From a virus (lineage: Duplodnaviria; Caudoviricetes): DNA of 26,241 nucleotides. Shown here piece by piece: positions 6,493-16,786 of this stretch. The number at the start of each line of letters is the position of its first letter. The stretch's first letter is position 1. A model generated the notes under the pieces. That model saw only the letters and a program-made list of their open reading frames with translations, ran no database searches and was not told where the DNA came from. Location of the stretch: the IMG/VR virus record IMGVR_UViG_3300010362_000094, positions 1 to 26,241 of that record. One strand, given 5' to 3'. The position numbers were made by a program, and so were the translations under genes.

Positions 6493-9400
6493 GTGACCAG
6501 TCAGCCGGTCGAGGCCAACGTCGTACTGACTGCCGACAACTCCCAGTACGACCAGGCGATGACCTCGTCGGCGCAGAGCACCAGCTCACTGGGTGCCTCC
6601 ATCGACACCCTGGGTCGGAAGATCAACAGCCTGACCAAGACCGCCGGCAAGACGCTGATCGGCATCTCTGCCGCCGATGTCGGGCTGATCACCGGAGCGG
6701 TGGCAGCCTGGTCCAGCTACGAGAAGCAGGTATCCCGGCTGAACGCCCAGTCCGCGATCCTGACCCGGACCCAGGATGCCCAGTCTCGGGTGATGAAGGA
6801 CTACGCGGGCGCGGTGAAGGGGCTGCGCACCGAGTACGGCACCACCACCGCCGAGGCCGCCAAGCTGGTGGAGACGCTGTCCAAGATCACCAGCGTCCGG
6901 CAGAGCCGGGATCTGCAGGACCTGTCCAAGGTGTTCGTGGACATGTCCCACGCCACCGGGGAGAGCAGCGAGGGTCTGGCCCAGTCGCTGACCAACCTGC
7001 AGAAGGTGATGGGCACCCCCATCAACGAGCAGCAGAGCCGCAGGTACGCCGACACCTTCACCTACCTGGCCGCGCAGACCAACATCTCCGCTCAGGGCTT
7101 GATGGACTTCACCGCCCAGCTGGCTCCGGTGGCCAAGTCATTGGGCATGAACACCCGGGAGGTGGCCGGGTTCGCCACCGCGTTCACCCAGGCCGGCCAG
7201 GAGGGCGGTGCCGCGGCGACCGCGTTCACCAAGGTCACCGGGGACATGCTGAAGTCGCTGCAGTCCGGGTCGCCGGAGCTGGCCACCTACGCGAACATTG
7301 TTGGGATGACCTCCCGGCAGTTCCGGGAGCTGGCCAAGGACGACTCCACCGAGGCAGTGGTTCGGGTCTTCGAGGCGCTGAGCAACAACACCCGGACAGC
7401 AACCGCGGACCTGAACCGGCTGGGCCTGGACGGTCCCCGGACGTTCCGGGCGATCACCGCGTTGACCAACCAGCCCGGCGGGATCCGGGCGGCCCTGGGA
7501 CTGGCCGAGGACCCGCGGGCCCATGGAGCCGCCGAGCGGGGCGGCGAAGCGGCGATGAAGGGGCTGAGCGACGAGTTCGCTGAGCTCCGCGAGGAGATGA
7601 AGCTGACCGCGGAGTCGATGGCCACCATCCTGGGCCCGGCCGTGGAAGGCTTCATGAACGGCATGGTCAAGGCCTCCGAGGTGATGCGGCAGATCGCCGA
7701 GGGCCCGATGGGCGAGTTCCTCCAGATGATCATGGCGGTGGTGGCTCCGCTGGCCGGCGGGGCCGGCGCGCTGCTGCTGTTCGCGGGCACTCTGCTCAAG
7801 GTGGCCGCCGCCTTCGCGGTGGTACGCAACTCGGCGGCGCTGGGGATCCGGGAGGGGTTCCGGGGCGGAGCCCCGATCGGCCGGACTCCGGAGGGCGAGT
7901 ACATCGCCGCTGGCGGCGGTCGGCTGGGCACCCGGGGCCAGCAGCTCGCCGAGAGTGGCACCTGGTTCCAGCGTGGCCTGTACAACATCGGAGTGACCGG
8001 CGGTGGCCTCCTCGGTGGTGGCCGGGAGGCGGTCCGGGAGTCCTGGATGGCCGGTCGGTCCTGGGCCAACCCCAACTACCAGCCCGGACCCCGGCGTGGT
8101 CCGCTCTCCTATCTGGCGGGCGGCATAGGACGGGGCGTCGAGTTCATCACCCCGCAGTTCGACCAGATGCGCTACGCGGACCCGACCAGGCGTTCCCAAT
8201 GGCTGCAGCAGCAGGCTCCCTGGTCCAGGATGGCCCAGCGGATCAACCTGGGTCAGCAGATGGGCGAGGTGGGGGCGGCCGAGTCCGAGCTGCGCCGGAT
8301 CCGCGAGTCCGAGGCCGCGGTGCGCGCCCAGCCGGGGATCAGCGATGTCACCAGGCAGGCCTCGCTGGACCAGCTGAAGGCGTCCCGGGAGGAGACCAAG
8401 ATCCGGCTGGACTCGGCCAGGTCCGCGGAGCGGGCCACCCGGGAGGAGATCCTGGCCCGGCAGACGAACACCCGGGAGGTCGGCAACAGCACCGCCGGGT
8501 TCCGGAGGCTGGGACAGGCCACCGCCGGGTTCGCCGTGGGTGCCGGTGGCGCCGCGATGGGCGGTGCTCGGTGGGGCCTCGGTGCGATGATGCGCTCCCC
8601 GATGGGTCTGCCGATCGCGGGCACCCTTGGCGCGGCCGGGATGAGCGCCGTCGGGGTGCAGTCCAATGCGCTGATGTTCGGGGCACTGGGAGCCTCGATG
8701 GGCCCATACGGGGCCGCAGGCGGGCTGCTGCTGGGTGCCGGGGTGGACATGGCCCAGGCCAACAACGATGTCGGCGACTCGATCAAGTACCTTAACGAGC
8801 AGGCCACCGAGGCCAGCAAGTCCGGGACCGGGCTGGCTGCGCTGGACGAGGCCTCGGTCTCGGCTACCAAGGACTTCGAGGACCTGAAGCACTCGTTCAG
8901 CATCACCTCCAAGGAATACTGGCTCAGTCCGTCGGCGGGCCTGGGCTCGGTCAAGAACTCGGTTGAAGGTCTGCTCTGGGGTGACTCCGATGTCGAGGAG
9001 CTCCAAAGTGATCTCGGCAAGGCGCAGGAGTCGTTCAAGGACACCGAGGGCACGATCCGGGATCTGGCCAAGGCGACCGGAATCGAGGTTGGCGGCACCA
9101 GACGCACCCAGCTCAAGCAGCTGGAGGAGTTCATGTCCACCACCGGGATGGCCAAGCTGGAGGCCGCCGGGGTGGATCTGGAGGACCTGGTCGCGGCTCG
9201 CCGGGAGGGCGGTCCGACATACCGATCCCTGATCAGGCGGGTCCGGCAGGGGGAGATGACCCCTGGTCTGCAGGAGCGGCTGCGTACCACCGCTGCCGGC
9301 GAGGCGATGCTGGAGTCGCCGGCGGCCCGGCGGTCGATGCGGTTCGAGGGCGATGTCGCGGCGTTCTACAAGGCCACCAACGAGGTCTTCACGAACATGC

Positions 9401-12156
9401 GCGAGCAGGGCATGTCCTACCTGGGCATCCTGAGGTCGTCGGAGCGGGCCCAGCAGCGGATCGGGGACGAGAACAACCGGTCCTACGAGCTGCAGATGGC
9501 GATCGCCCAGAAGGCCCAGTACGCACTGCAGATGCAAGCGCCACAGCTGGGCCGGGTGGGTGCCTTCCAGCAGCAGATCCAGGTCGGCCAGACCCTGATG
9601 GGGATCCGGCCCCGGACCGAGGAGCAGGCCGCCCAGCTGGAGCAGCAGAAGCAGCTGACCGTCCAGTCGTTCGCGGACATGGACCAGTACTTCCGGCAGA
9701 TGCTGTTGGCCCAGGAGCAGTTCGACCGGCAGCGGTCCCGGATGGAGCAGGACTACGCGCTGCAGCGCAGCTACCAGGAGCAGGACTACCAGCTGCAGCG
9801 GACCCGGGCCGAGGAGCAGTTCAACCGGATGCGGGCTCGGGCCACCGCTGACTACGCCCGGAACACCAGCCGGGCCTGGTTCGACTTCCACCTGCAGCGG
9901 CAGCGGCAGGAGGAGGACTTCCGGCACCAGACCCAGATCACCGCCAACCAGCAGGCCATCCAGATGGCCAACGTCTGGCAGCGGATCGAGACCCAGCGGA
10001 CCAGCTCAGTGGAGTGGATGTCCGCGAACTTCGGGGACCAGATCACCAGGATGCAGCAGCAGGCCACCAACCTGGACAAGGTGCGCCGGATGGGGCTCAG
10101 CGACGCGGCCATCCAGCAGCTCCAGCTGTCCAGCCCGGAGATGGCCCAACAGCTGGAGCGCACCGTCACCGAGCTCACCCCGGCGATGGTCCGGCGGCTG
10201 AACCGGCAGGCCCGGCAGGTCCGGGGCGCGGCCCGGGAGCTGGTCACCGACCCGTCCGACATGGGCTGGCAGGAGACGTTGCGCGGGTTCCGGCTGGGCC
10301 GGCAGCGGGCGTCCGAGGACATGGAACGGCAGATGGGCCGGAGCCGGCGGGACTTCCGGCGTGGTCTGCGCGAGCAGCGCACCGACTTCAACATCATGAT
10401 GGACCAGCAGGCCGAGGACTACGACACCTCGATGCGCCGACAGGAGAAGCAGTACAAGACCACCATGGACCGGGCCGCCGAGGACATGGCGCACATGGCC
10501 GACGAGATCACCGGCAGCCTGACCGACGTGCTGATCCAGGCCAGCGAGGATCTGACCGGGAGCGCTCAGAAGCAGGCCCGGCAGGTGCTGAGGTCGTTCA
10601 AGGACCTGCGCCGGGACACCCGGCCGGAGGCGGTCGCGCTGATGCGGGAGCTGGCCAACGTCTTCGGGTTCGACTACACGGCGCCGAAGAAGGTGACCAC
10701 CCCCCAGGAACAGGCGGTGCAGACCAGGATCGGCAAGCAGCAGGACATCATGACCGACCGGTACCACGCCGGCGGGATGGTGCCCGGCTACTCCCCGGAC
10801 CGGGACAACCAGACCGTCGCGGTCTCCGGGGGCGAGGCGATCATGCGCCCGGAGTGGGCCAAGGCGGTGGGCAAGCAGAACATCGACGCGATGAACCACC
10901 AGGCCCGGCACGGTGGGTTCTGGCTGGGTGGCACGCTGCCGCTGCCCGGGGCCTCCACCATCTCCCAGCACACCAGCGGCTACCCGTTCGCGGTCTGGGC
11001 CGGGGACCTGAACTGGCCGGGTAGGGAGGACTACGGCAAGCCGATCGTGGCCTGGAAGGCCGGCGTCGCGCACCCCTTCGACTATGGCCGGGACTACTCC
11101 TACGGACGCGGTCAGAAGATCTCCACCGAGGGTGGCGGCACCCAGCTGTACGCGCACATGAGCAAGGTGCTCACCGGCCTGGCCGGCAAGGAGGTCCGGG
11201 CCGGCGAGGTGATCGGCTATGTCGGCGACTACGGGAACACCGGCTCGCCGCCGACCAGCCACCTGCACTTCGAGGTCCGGGACGGAGATGTCAACCTGGG
11301 CGACGCCGAGGGCGGCGGTGCCCGGGGCGCCGGACGCAGCGCCCGGTCGGTGATCCGGAGCCTGCTCAAGGACCGGTACCCGGACTCCGAGGCCGCGGCC
11401 CGGGCGATGACCGGCGTGCACCCGCTGTTCCCCGGGGACATCTCCTCGATCATCAACCGGTACGCCCGAGCCAGGATCCGGCAGCTGGCCCGCAGGTACC
11501 CGGGCAGGGGCGCCGGTCCGGGCAGTGGCGAGGTGGCCCCGCGGCCCGAGGACCTGACCGGAAACCAGGAGCTGGTCCGCCGGGCGATGATCGACGCCGG
11601 CTGGAAGGGCCAGTGGCCCAGCCTGTACCAGCTGGTGATGCACGAGTCCGGGTTCAACAACACCGCACAGAACCCGACCTCCACCGCGTACGGGATGTTC
11701 CAGTTCCTGGACGGCACCTGGTCCGGCACCGGGATCGCCAAGACCTCGGACCCGTGGAAGCAGGCGGTGGCCGGGATGCGGTACATCGGCGGCAAGTACG
11801 GCGATCCCAAGGGCGCCTGGGACTTCTGGCAGGCCAATCACTGGTACCGGGACGGCTCGGTGTTCACCTCCCCGAAGACGATCGGGGTGGGCGAGGGCGG
11901 TCCGGAGGCGGTGATCCCGCTGAACGAACGCGGTGGGGAGTTCATGTCCCAGGTGCTGGCCCGCTCGGTGGGCATGGGCGGCACCCCGGTGCGCGGCGGG
12001 ATGAGCGTGTACAACACCCGGATCGACCGGTCCACCAACTTCACCGGGCCGATCACGGTGCAGGCCAACGACCCGCACGAGCTGATCAGCAAGCTCCAGT
12101 CCCGGCAGCGGGTGATGGCCCTGACCCGGCCCTCCCTGACAGGATCTGCGGCATGA
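6493..12156 (+). CDS. Tape measure protein with C-terminal M23 peptidase and lytic transglycosylase domains
   Basis: 1887 aa, Ala/Gly/Gln-rich helical; TP901-like core; 11-residue QDY/EQF coiled-coil repeats (about 9710-9930); M23 motifs YAHMS, V.AGEVIGYVG..GN...HLHFEV; SLT-like HESGFN..AQNPTSTAYGMFQFL...YI..KYG. Confidence 0.95.
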   Translation: MTSQPVEANVVLTADNSQYDQAMTSSAQSTSSLGASIDTLGRKINSLTKTAGKTLIGISAADVGLITGAVAAWSSYEKQVSRLNAQSAILTRTQDAQSRVMKDYAGAVKGLRTEYGTTTAEAAKLVETLSKITSVRQSRDLQDLSKVFVDMSHATGESSEGLAQSLTNLQKVMGTPINEQQSRRYADTFTYLAAQTNISAQGLMDFTAQLAPVAKSLGMNTREVAGFATAFTQAGQEGGAAATAFTKVTGDMLKSLQSGSPELATYANIVGMTSRQFRELAKDDSTEAVVRVFEALSNNTRTATADLNRLGLDGPRTFRAITALTNQPGGIRAALGLAEDPRAHGAAERGGEAAMKGLSDEFAELREEMKLTAESMATILGPAVEGFMNGMVKASEVMRQIAEGPMGEFLQMIMAVVAPLAGGAGALLLFAGTLLKVAAAFAVVRNSAALGIREGFRGGAPIGRTPEGEYIAAGGGRLGTRGQQLAESGTWFQRGLYNIGVTGGGLLGGGREAVRESWMAGRSWANPNYQPGPRRGPLSYLAGGIGRGVEFITPQFDQMRYADPTRRSQWLQQQAPWSRMAQRINLGQQMGEVGAAESELRRIRESEAAVRAQPGISDVTRQASLDQLKASREETKIRLDSARSAERATREEILARQTNTREVGNSTAGFRRLGQATAGFAVGAGGAAMGGARWGLGAMMRSPMGLPIAGTLGAAGMSAVGVQSNALMFGALGASMGPYGAAGGLLLGAGVDMAQANNDVGDSIKYLNEQATEASKSGTGLAALDEASVSATKDFEDLKHSFSITSKEYWLSPSAGLGSVKNSVEGLLWGDSDVEELQSDLGKAQESFKDTEGTIRDLAKATGIEVGGTRRTQLKQLEEFMSTTGMAKLEAAGVDLEDLVAARREGGPTYRSLIRRVRQGEMTPGLQERLRTTAAGEAMLESPAARRSMRFEGDVAAFYKATNEVFTNMREQGMSYLGILRSSERAQQRIGDENNRSYELQMAIAQKAQYALQMQAPQLGRVGAFQQQIQVGQTLMGIRPRTEEQAAQLEQQKQLTVQSFADMDQYFRQMLLAQEQFDRQRSRMEQDYALQRSYQEQDYQLQRTRAEEQFNRMRARATADYARNTSRAWFDFHLQRQRQEEDFRHQTQITANQQAIQMANVWQRIETQRTSSVEWMSANFGDQITRMQQQATNLDKVRRMGLSDAAIQQLQLSSPEMAQQLERTVTELTPAMVRRLNRQARQVRGAARELVTDPSDMGWQETLRGFRLGRQRASEDMERQMGRSRRDFRRGLREQRTDFNIMMDQQAEDYDTSMRRQEKQYKTTMDRAAEDMAHMADEITGSLTDVLIQASEDLTGSAQKQARQVLRSFKDLRRDTRPEAVALMRELANVFGFDYTAPKKVTTPQEQAVQTRIGKQQDIMTDRYHAGGMVPGYSPDRDNQTVAVSGGEAIMRPEWAKAVGKQNIDAMNHQARHGGFWLGGTLPLPGASTISQHTSGYPFAVWAGDLNWPGREDYGKPIVAWKAGVAHPFDYGRDYSYGRGQKISTEGGGTQLYAHMSKVLTGLAGKEVRAGEVIGYVGDYGNTGSPPTSHLHFEVRDGDVNLGDAEGGGARGAGRSARSVIRSLLKDRYPDSEAAARAMTGVHPLFPGDISSIINRYARARIRQLARRYPGRGAGPGSGEVAPRPEDLTGNQELVRRAMIDAGWKGQWPSLYQLVMHESGFNNTAQNPTSTAYGMFQFLDGTWSGTGIAKTSDPWKQAVAGMRYIGGKYGDPKGAWDFWQANHWYRDGSVFTSPKTIGVGEGGPEAVIPLNERGGEFMSQVLARSVGMGGTPVRGGMSVYNTRIDRSTNFTGPITVQANDPHELISKLQSRQRVMALTRPSLTGSAA

Positions 12157-12602
12157 GCGGCACCGGACTGGACTACCTGGCTGTGGAGATCTCCTACGGC
12201 ACCAGGTGGGTGAATCTGAACGACGGGCTGGTCTACAAGATCGGCGCCGAGTCGACCCGGGACTCGGTCAGCAAGAGCTGGCGCAAGGTGACCGCGGACT
12301 CGCCGATCCTGGGCGGCAACTACCTGATCCACGCGGTCCCGGAGATGGTCGGCGAGCAGGTCGGGGTCTGGGTGTACGGGGCCACCCAGACCGAGGTGAG
12401 CGACAACCTGTTCGGGCTGATGGAGCTGTTCGAGCAGTACGACTACCGGATCCGGTGGACCCTGGACGAGTACCGGGAGTACTGGCGTTGCCAGCTCGCG
12501 GACGCCTCGGTGAGCCGGGGCCAGGTGTGGACGCACAGTCTGATGGCCAAGGCGGAGTTCGCGGTGCCGCGGTACCCGGACGTGACCCGGGAGCACGTCT
12601 GA
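12153..12602 (+). CDS. Minor tail protein (distal tail protein position)
   Basis: ATG 12153 in an ATGA overlap with the tape measure stop (MSGTGLDY...); 149 aa; synteny. Confidence 0.75.
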   Translation: MSGTGLDYLAVEISYGTRWVNLNDGLVYKIGAESTRDSVSKSWRKVTADSPILGGNYLIHAVPEMVGEQVGVWVYGATQTEVSDNLFGLMELFEQYDYRIRWTLDEYREYWRCQLADASVSRGQVWTHSLMAKAEFAVPRYPDVTREHV

Positions 12603-13042
12603 TGTCCGGCCGGATCACGGTGTGGGGCGCCAGTCAGCTGCTGATGAGCTACTTCACCCAGACCACCGAGCCGCCGCCGTACTTCTACCTGGCCCTGATC
12701 CGGACCATCGCGCCCACCCCGTACATGTCCGGGTCCGAGCTGGATGAGCCGGACAACACCGACTACGCCCGGATCGAGATCGCCAACGACCTGGCGCACT
12801 GGGTCAACGACTCGGCACCCCAGGAGGTCGCCAACCTGGTGCCGGCCCAGTTCGTCACCGCGGTCAGCGACTGGGGCCAGATCAACTACTGGGCGCTGTG
12901 CAACGCCCCGATGGATGGCTACAACCTGGTGGTCGGGAACCTGGAGAGCCCGGTGTTCGTCGAGGCCGGGGACCAGGTGGTGATCGAGGAGAGCGACCTG
13001 AGCGTGACCCTGGGCCCGTTCTTCCTGGCCGAGGAGGAGTGA
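12602..13042 (+). CDS. Minor tail protein
   Basis: ATG 12602 (TGATG); 'YLAL....P......E.....YARI.......N.....F.TA..DWG.I...AL..A...GN' pattern seen in small tail-tip proteins. Confidence 0.75.
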   Translation: MSGRITVWGASQLLMSYFTQTTEPPPYFYLALIRTIAPTPYMSGSELDEPDNTDYARIEIANDLAHWVNDSAPQEVANLVPAQFVTAVSDWGQINYWALCNAPMDGYNLVVGNLESPVFVEAGDQVVIEESDLSVTLGPFFLAEEE

Positions 13043-14020
13043 ATGCCGCTGGTGCGGGTGATCCCGGGACGCAGCGAGGTGCAGGTGGTGGCTCGGGCCC
13101 GGGCCTCCTGGGTGCCGCCGCTGCTCCGGGAGGTGCCCGGCGGGCTGTACCCGCTGATGAGCGCGGCCTTCGAGGTGGACGAGTACCGGATCCTGTCCGG
13201 CTGGCCGGTGCCGGTGCCGGAGGGGGACATCCGGATCGAGTGCCTGGTCAGCGCCGAGGGGGACGTGCTGGGCAACCGGGACGAGCCGACCGCGCTGGTC
13301 ACCAACGCGGACATGCGCTGGATCGCGGACACCAACTACTACGACCAGACCTCGTTGCTGTGGGCGCCGATCCAGGGCGGGGTGACGCCCTGGCAGACCA
13401 CCCCGGACCATGCGCCCACGCTGATCACCGACTACGAGTACACGGTGGGCGATGAGCGGTTCGTGGGGATGACCGCCCTGAACTTCGACTCCAACACCGT
13501 CGACTACCTGTGGAACGACCTGACCCTGGCGATGGGCGGGGTGAGCGGCTACACGGTGGTCATGGTGATGAGCCCGAACTCGATCTACGGGAATGACGCC
13601 ACGGTGATCGAGAACGCGCTCTGGGGTCCGGACTCCACGGACGGCCAGTGGGTCGCGTTCACGGTCCGGGACCGGGCGATCTGGATGACCACCGAGGCCA
13701 AGGCCGGTCAGAAGGGAGTGGCCATCGGCACCGGTCTGGACAGCACCTCGCCGAGCTATGTGGCGCTGGTGGTGGGCCGGCCGCAGACCACCCTGTACGC
13801 CGCCTCAGGGCCGTCCAGTGTGCTGTCCAGGTCCTTGGTTGCCGGGGAGGCTCCGGAGCCGCTGAGCACCCGTTTCTGGCTCGGGAACGGGCCGTTCCCG
13901 ACGATGGGCACCATGGACATGGCGCTGCTGGACCTGGGCATCTACGGGAACCCGCTGACCCGGACCGAGGTGGTCTCCGAGTTCACCGCGCTGAGCACCG
14001 TGTACGGCGGCGACAGCTAG
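13043..14020 (+). CDS. Minor tail protein with probable ConA/LamG-like C-terminal domain
   Basis: GAGGAG RBS; beta-rich; 'YTVVMV', 'YVALVV....TLY', 'WLG', 'LGIYGNPLTRTEV' resemble LamG-like motifs. Confidence 0.7.
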   Translation: MPLVRVIPGRSEVQVVARARASWVPPLLREVPGGLYPLMSAAFEVDEYRILSGWPVPVPEGDIRIECLVSAEGDVLGNRDEPTALVTNADMRWIADTNYYDQTSLLWAPIQGGVTPWQTTPDHAPTLITDYEYTVGDERFVGMTALNFDSNTVDYLWNDLTLAMGGVSGYTVVMVMSPNSIYGNDATVIENALWGPDSTDGQWVAFTVRDRAIWMTTEAKAGQKGVAIGTGLDSTSPSYVALVVGRPQTTLYAASGPSSVLSRSLVAGEAPEPLSTRFWLGNGPFPTMGTMDMALLDLGIYGNPLTRTEVVSEFTALSTVYGGDS

Positions 14021-16281
14021 TGGCCCGGAGCCTGACCGCCTACCCCAGCGAGCAGGAGCCGCTGGGCTACTTCCGGATCTTCGCCCAGCCGCCTGGCGGC
14101 TACCGCCGGGAGATCACCCTGTTCCGGGACGCCCCGGTGCAGATCGGCGCGGTGACCACCCAGGACCCGTTCACCGAGGCCACCGCGCAGCTGAGCTTCC
14201 CGATGATCACCGTGTTCGACACCCCGGGTGAGGGGGACCTGGACTGGCTGGTGCCGAACTGCGACATCGACATCGTGTTCCAGAACGTCGGCGGATACGA
14301 CTTCGACTGGCGCTGGGAGGGCTACATCGCCTCCTACTCGATGAGCCTGACCGGGGCCGAGTCCTCGTTCAGCATCGACCTGAAGGGCTGCCTGTACGGT
14401 CTGGACGACTACCTGGCGATGCCGCAGTTCCCGCTCCGGCCGATCCCGTACGAGATCCTGATCGCCCAGGCCTTCGACCAGGTCGAGCACCCCTCGCACC
14501 TGGGCGGCTTCCGGATCCTGTTCCCGTCCTGGTGGGACAAGCGGGTGCCGCCGTTCGACGCTCCGAGGTACCTGTCCGCGCTGAAGCCCTGGGGAGTGGC
14601 CACCGACCAGCGCTGGACCGGGTTCACGGCCCGGAACACCGGGTCCTGGGAGCCGCTGCTGACCGGGTTCGTGCAGTCCCTGCTGACCGTGATGTTCGCC
14701 GGTGGCGGGAACCAGTGGAGCATCCGGAACCGGGGCCGGCGCCGGCCCGAGCTGTACCTGCGCCAGATCCCGCAGGCCGACGACGAGGAGATCACCGAGA
14801 TCTACCTGGGGGCGCCCGGGGTGACCCTGTCCGGGTCCCGGGACTACACCCAGCGGGCCGGGGTGATCTACGGCCAGGGCCAGGACGAGGCGGGCATCGC
14901 GTTCTCGAACATCGAGGTGTCCCCGGACGGCCGGAAGACCTACTTCAAGCCGTTCGCCTACTCGGCGCGGATGTGGCCGCGCAAGGGCAACCCCGGCTAC
15001 GACCCGAACCTGAAGCCCAAGGAGACGATGATCCGGTTCCAGGATGGGGTGGACGAGGTGTCCGCGTTCGAGATCGCCCAGGGCCAGTACCAGCGGTTCG
15101 CCGAGCCCGGGATCACCGGAACCATCACCCTGACCACCGACCCTCGGCTGTCCTCCGGGGCGCTGATGCCGCGGCTGCTGATCACCGGCGGGCAGACGAT
15201 CCGGATCAACGGGCTGCTCGGGGTGCACGAGGGGGTGCTGGCGCATGTCACCGAGTGCAGCGCGGACTTCACCGGGCTGAGCACCACGCTCACCTTCGAC
15301 ACCAAGTACCGGGACCAGCTGACCGTGGCCGAGGTGCGGGCCCGGACCCGGGACGCACTGACCCCGATGCGGGCACTACAGGTGGGCAAGTACACGAACA
15401 CCATCCAGGACCTGGTGATCCCGTGGTCCTACAAGGCCGGGAGCGGGATCGTGCCCACCCCGGCCAAGGCGTTCTTCAACGAGAAGCTGCCGGCGACCGC
15501 CACCTTCCCGTACCAGGAGTGGACCAGGAAGTACCCGCCGCGGAACCCGTCCTACCGGCCCTGGTACATCGAGATCGGGAAGACCGACCGGAGCAACTCG
15601 AACAGCAACTGGTCCAGCGTGAAACGGGACGGGAGCGCCACCTACTCGATCCCGATCCGGATGTCCCAGGCGGGAGCGATCCGGCTCACCCAGCTGGCCG
15701 CCTACGATCGGGACGGGAACGTGCTGCCGGTGAAGTTCCACTTCTCGGTCTACTACAGCAACGGGATCGCGGTGCACTCGATGCCGCAGTTCCCGGGCAA
15801 GCGCACCGACGCCGACTTCCCGCCGTACCTGGACGCTCGTCGGATCGACTCCCGGGGCGGCACCGTGATCCCGACCAGCTACGAGACCACCGGCACGGAG
15901 ACCGCGCAGACCAATCCGTTCTACAAGGGGGCCTGGGAGAAGGTGAAGCCGGACGGCACGAACTACTCCTGGCCGGCCAGGGTCAACGAGCCGCCCCAGG
16001 AGTTCATCGTGGGCTGGGGGAACTACTACGAGCCGGCCGGCTACTCCCCGGGCCGGAAGTCCAAGGGCGCGGCTCGGACCGGGCTGCTCCAGGACGATGC
16101 GCAGTGGTCCTGGGACCTGTACGGACACAGTGATCTGGACCTGGACAAGCCGAGCATGAACCGCAAGGACGAGTACGCGGGGATGCTGTTCGTGATGATC
16201 TATTGCGACGACCAGGACGACGAGAGCGTGTTCTTCATGGGCCGGCTGATCCGGGTAGAGCCGGGCCAGAGCAGCAGCTAG
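14020..16281 (+). CDS. Large minor tail protein (baseplate hub/Tal-like)
   Basis: GTG 14020 overlaps the upstream TAG and is in frame with track ORF 13648..16281; 753 aa; 'W.WEGYI.S' and 'G.TIRI.G' hub-like pattern; synteny. Confidence 0.75.
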   Translation: MARSLTAYPSEQEPLGYFRIFAQPPGGYRREITLFRDAPVQIGAVTTQDPFTEATAQLSFPMITVFDTPGEGDLDWLVPNCDIDIVFQNVGGYDFDWRWEGYIASYSMSLTGAESSFSIDLKGCLYGLDDYLAMPQFPLRPIPYEILIAQAFDQVEHPSHLGGFRILFPSWWDKRVPPFDAPRYLSALKPWGVATDQRWTGFTARNTGSWEPLLTGFVQSLLTVMFAGGGNQWSIRNRGRRRPELYLRQIPQADDEEITEIYLGAPGVTLSGSRDYTQRAGVIYGQGQDEAGIAFSNIEVSPDGRKTYFKPFAYSARMWPRKGNPGYDPNLKPKETMIRFQDGVDEVSAFEIAQGQYQRFAEPGITGTITLTTDPRLSSGALMPRLLITGGQTIRINGLLGVHEGVLAHVTECSADFTGLSTTLTFDTKYRDQLTVAEVRARTRDALTPMRALQVGKYTNTIQDLVIPWSYKAGSGIVPTPAKAFFNEKLPATATFPYQEWTRKYPPRNPSYRPWYIEIGKTDRSNSNSNWSSVKRDGSATYSIPIRMSQAGAIRLTQLAAYDRDGNVLPVKFHFSVYYSNGIAVHSMPQFPGKRTDADFPPYLDARRIDSRGGTVIPTSYETTGTETAQTNPFYKGAWEKVKPDGTNYSWPARVNEPPQEFIVGWGNYYEPAGYSPGRKSKGAARTGLLQDDAQWSWDLYGHSDLDLDKPSMNRKDEYAGMLFVMIYCDDQDDESVFFMGRLIRVEPGQSSS

Positions 16282-16289
16282 GAGGGGCG

Positions 16290-16652
16290 ATGGACGGCAG
16301 CATCAGCGACCAGCAGGCGCACCAGTGGCTGCAGCAGATCGCGGACGCCGGCTGGGTGAGCCTGCACTACGACAACCCGGCGCTCGGGGACGCCGGTCGG
16401 GCGGAGCTCTCCGGTGGTGGCTACCAGCGGTTCAGGATGACCTGGAGCCAGCCGAACAACCGGGCCATCTGGTCCCTCCAGGACGCCCGGTACACCGGGC
16501 TGCTGCAGACCAAGGTGGTCTACTTCGGGGTCTGGGACAAGCAGGTCAAGGGGATGCTCCGGGCCTACGCCGAGCTGGGCGAGCCGAAGACGGTGCTGAA
16601 CGGCAAGGGGTTCATCCTGCACGCCGGCACCCTGGCGGTGTCCTTCGGCTGA
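16290..16652 (+). CDS. Minor tail protein, probable distant paralogue of 12602..13042
   Basis: GGAGG RBS, ATG 16290; 'WVSLH..NP.......ELSGGGY.R', 'YFGVWD....G......L....V..G'. Confidence 0.75.
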   Translation: MDGSISDQQAHQWLQQIADAGWVSLHYDNPALGDAGRAELSGGGYQRFRMTWSQPNNRAIWSLQDARYTGLLQTKVVYFGVWDKQVKGMLRAYAELGEPKTVLNGKGFILHAGTLAVSFG

Positions 16653-16665
16653 CCTGGTTTCGGGC

Positions 16666-16718
16666 AACAAAAAAGGCCCATTGAGGGGTCCGCCCCTCCC
16701 GAAGGAGGGACGGACCCC
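16666..16718 (-). terminator. Intrinsic terminator (cUUCGg hairpin, downstream U-tract); may also act on the + strand
   Basis: Minus strand GGGGUCCGUCCCUCC-UUCG-GGAGGGGCGGACCCC (16718-16685, one G-U pair), followed after about 10 nt by UUUUUUGUU. Confidence 0.75.
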
Positions 16719-16729
16719 GTTGGTCCTGG

Positions 16730-16759
16730 TCAGGTACGGATACCCGAGGTGGTGGTCAT
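16730..16759 (-). CDS. Candidate 9-aa micropeptide MTTTSGIRT
   Basis: AAGAAAGAAGGTGAGTG directly precedes ATG ACC ACC ACC TCG GGT ATC CGT ACC TGA; it occupies the gap between two hairpins. Confidence 0.3.
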   Translation of the reverse strand: MTTTSGIRT

Positions 16760-16786
16760 CACTCACCTTCTTTCTTAGCGTGGACA

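Noticed and set aside
9710-9930. 33-bp periodic repeats (GAGCAGGACTAC...CTGCAGCG) as a possible CRISPR or DNA repeat
   Set aside because: They are degenerate in-frame 11-residue coiled-coil repeats of the tape measure, with no repeat-spacer structure.
7138-12078. Very long antisense ORFs (929 aa, 690 aa and others) opposite the tape measure and tail genes
   Set aside because: Shadow ORFs expected from high GC3 codon bias; low-complexity composition and no motifs.
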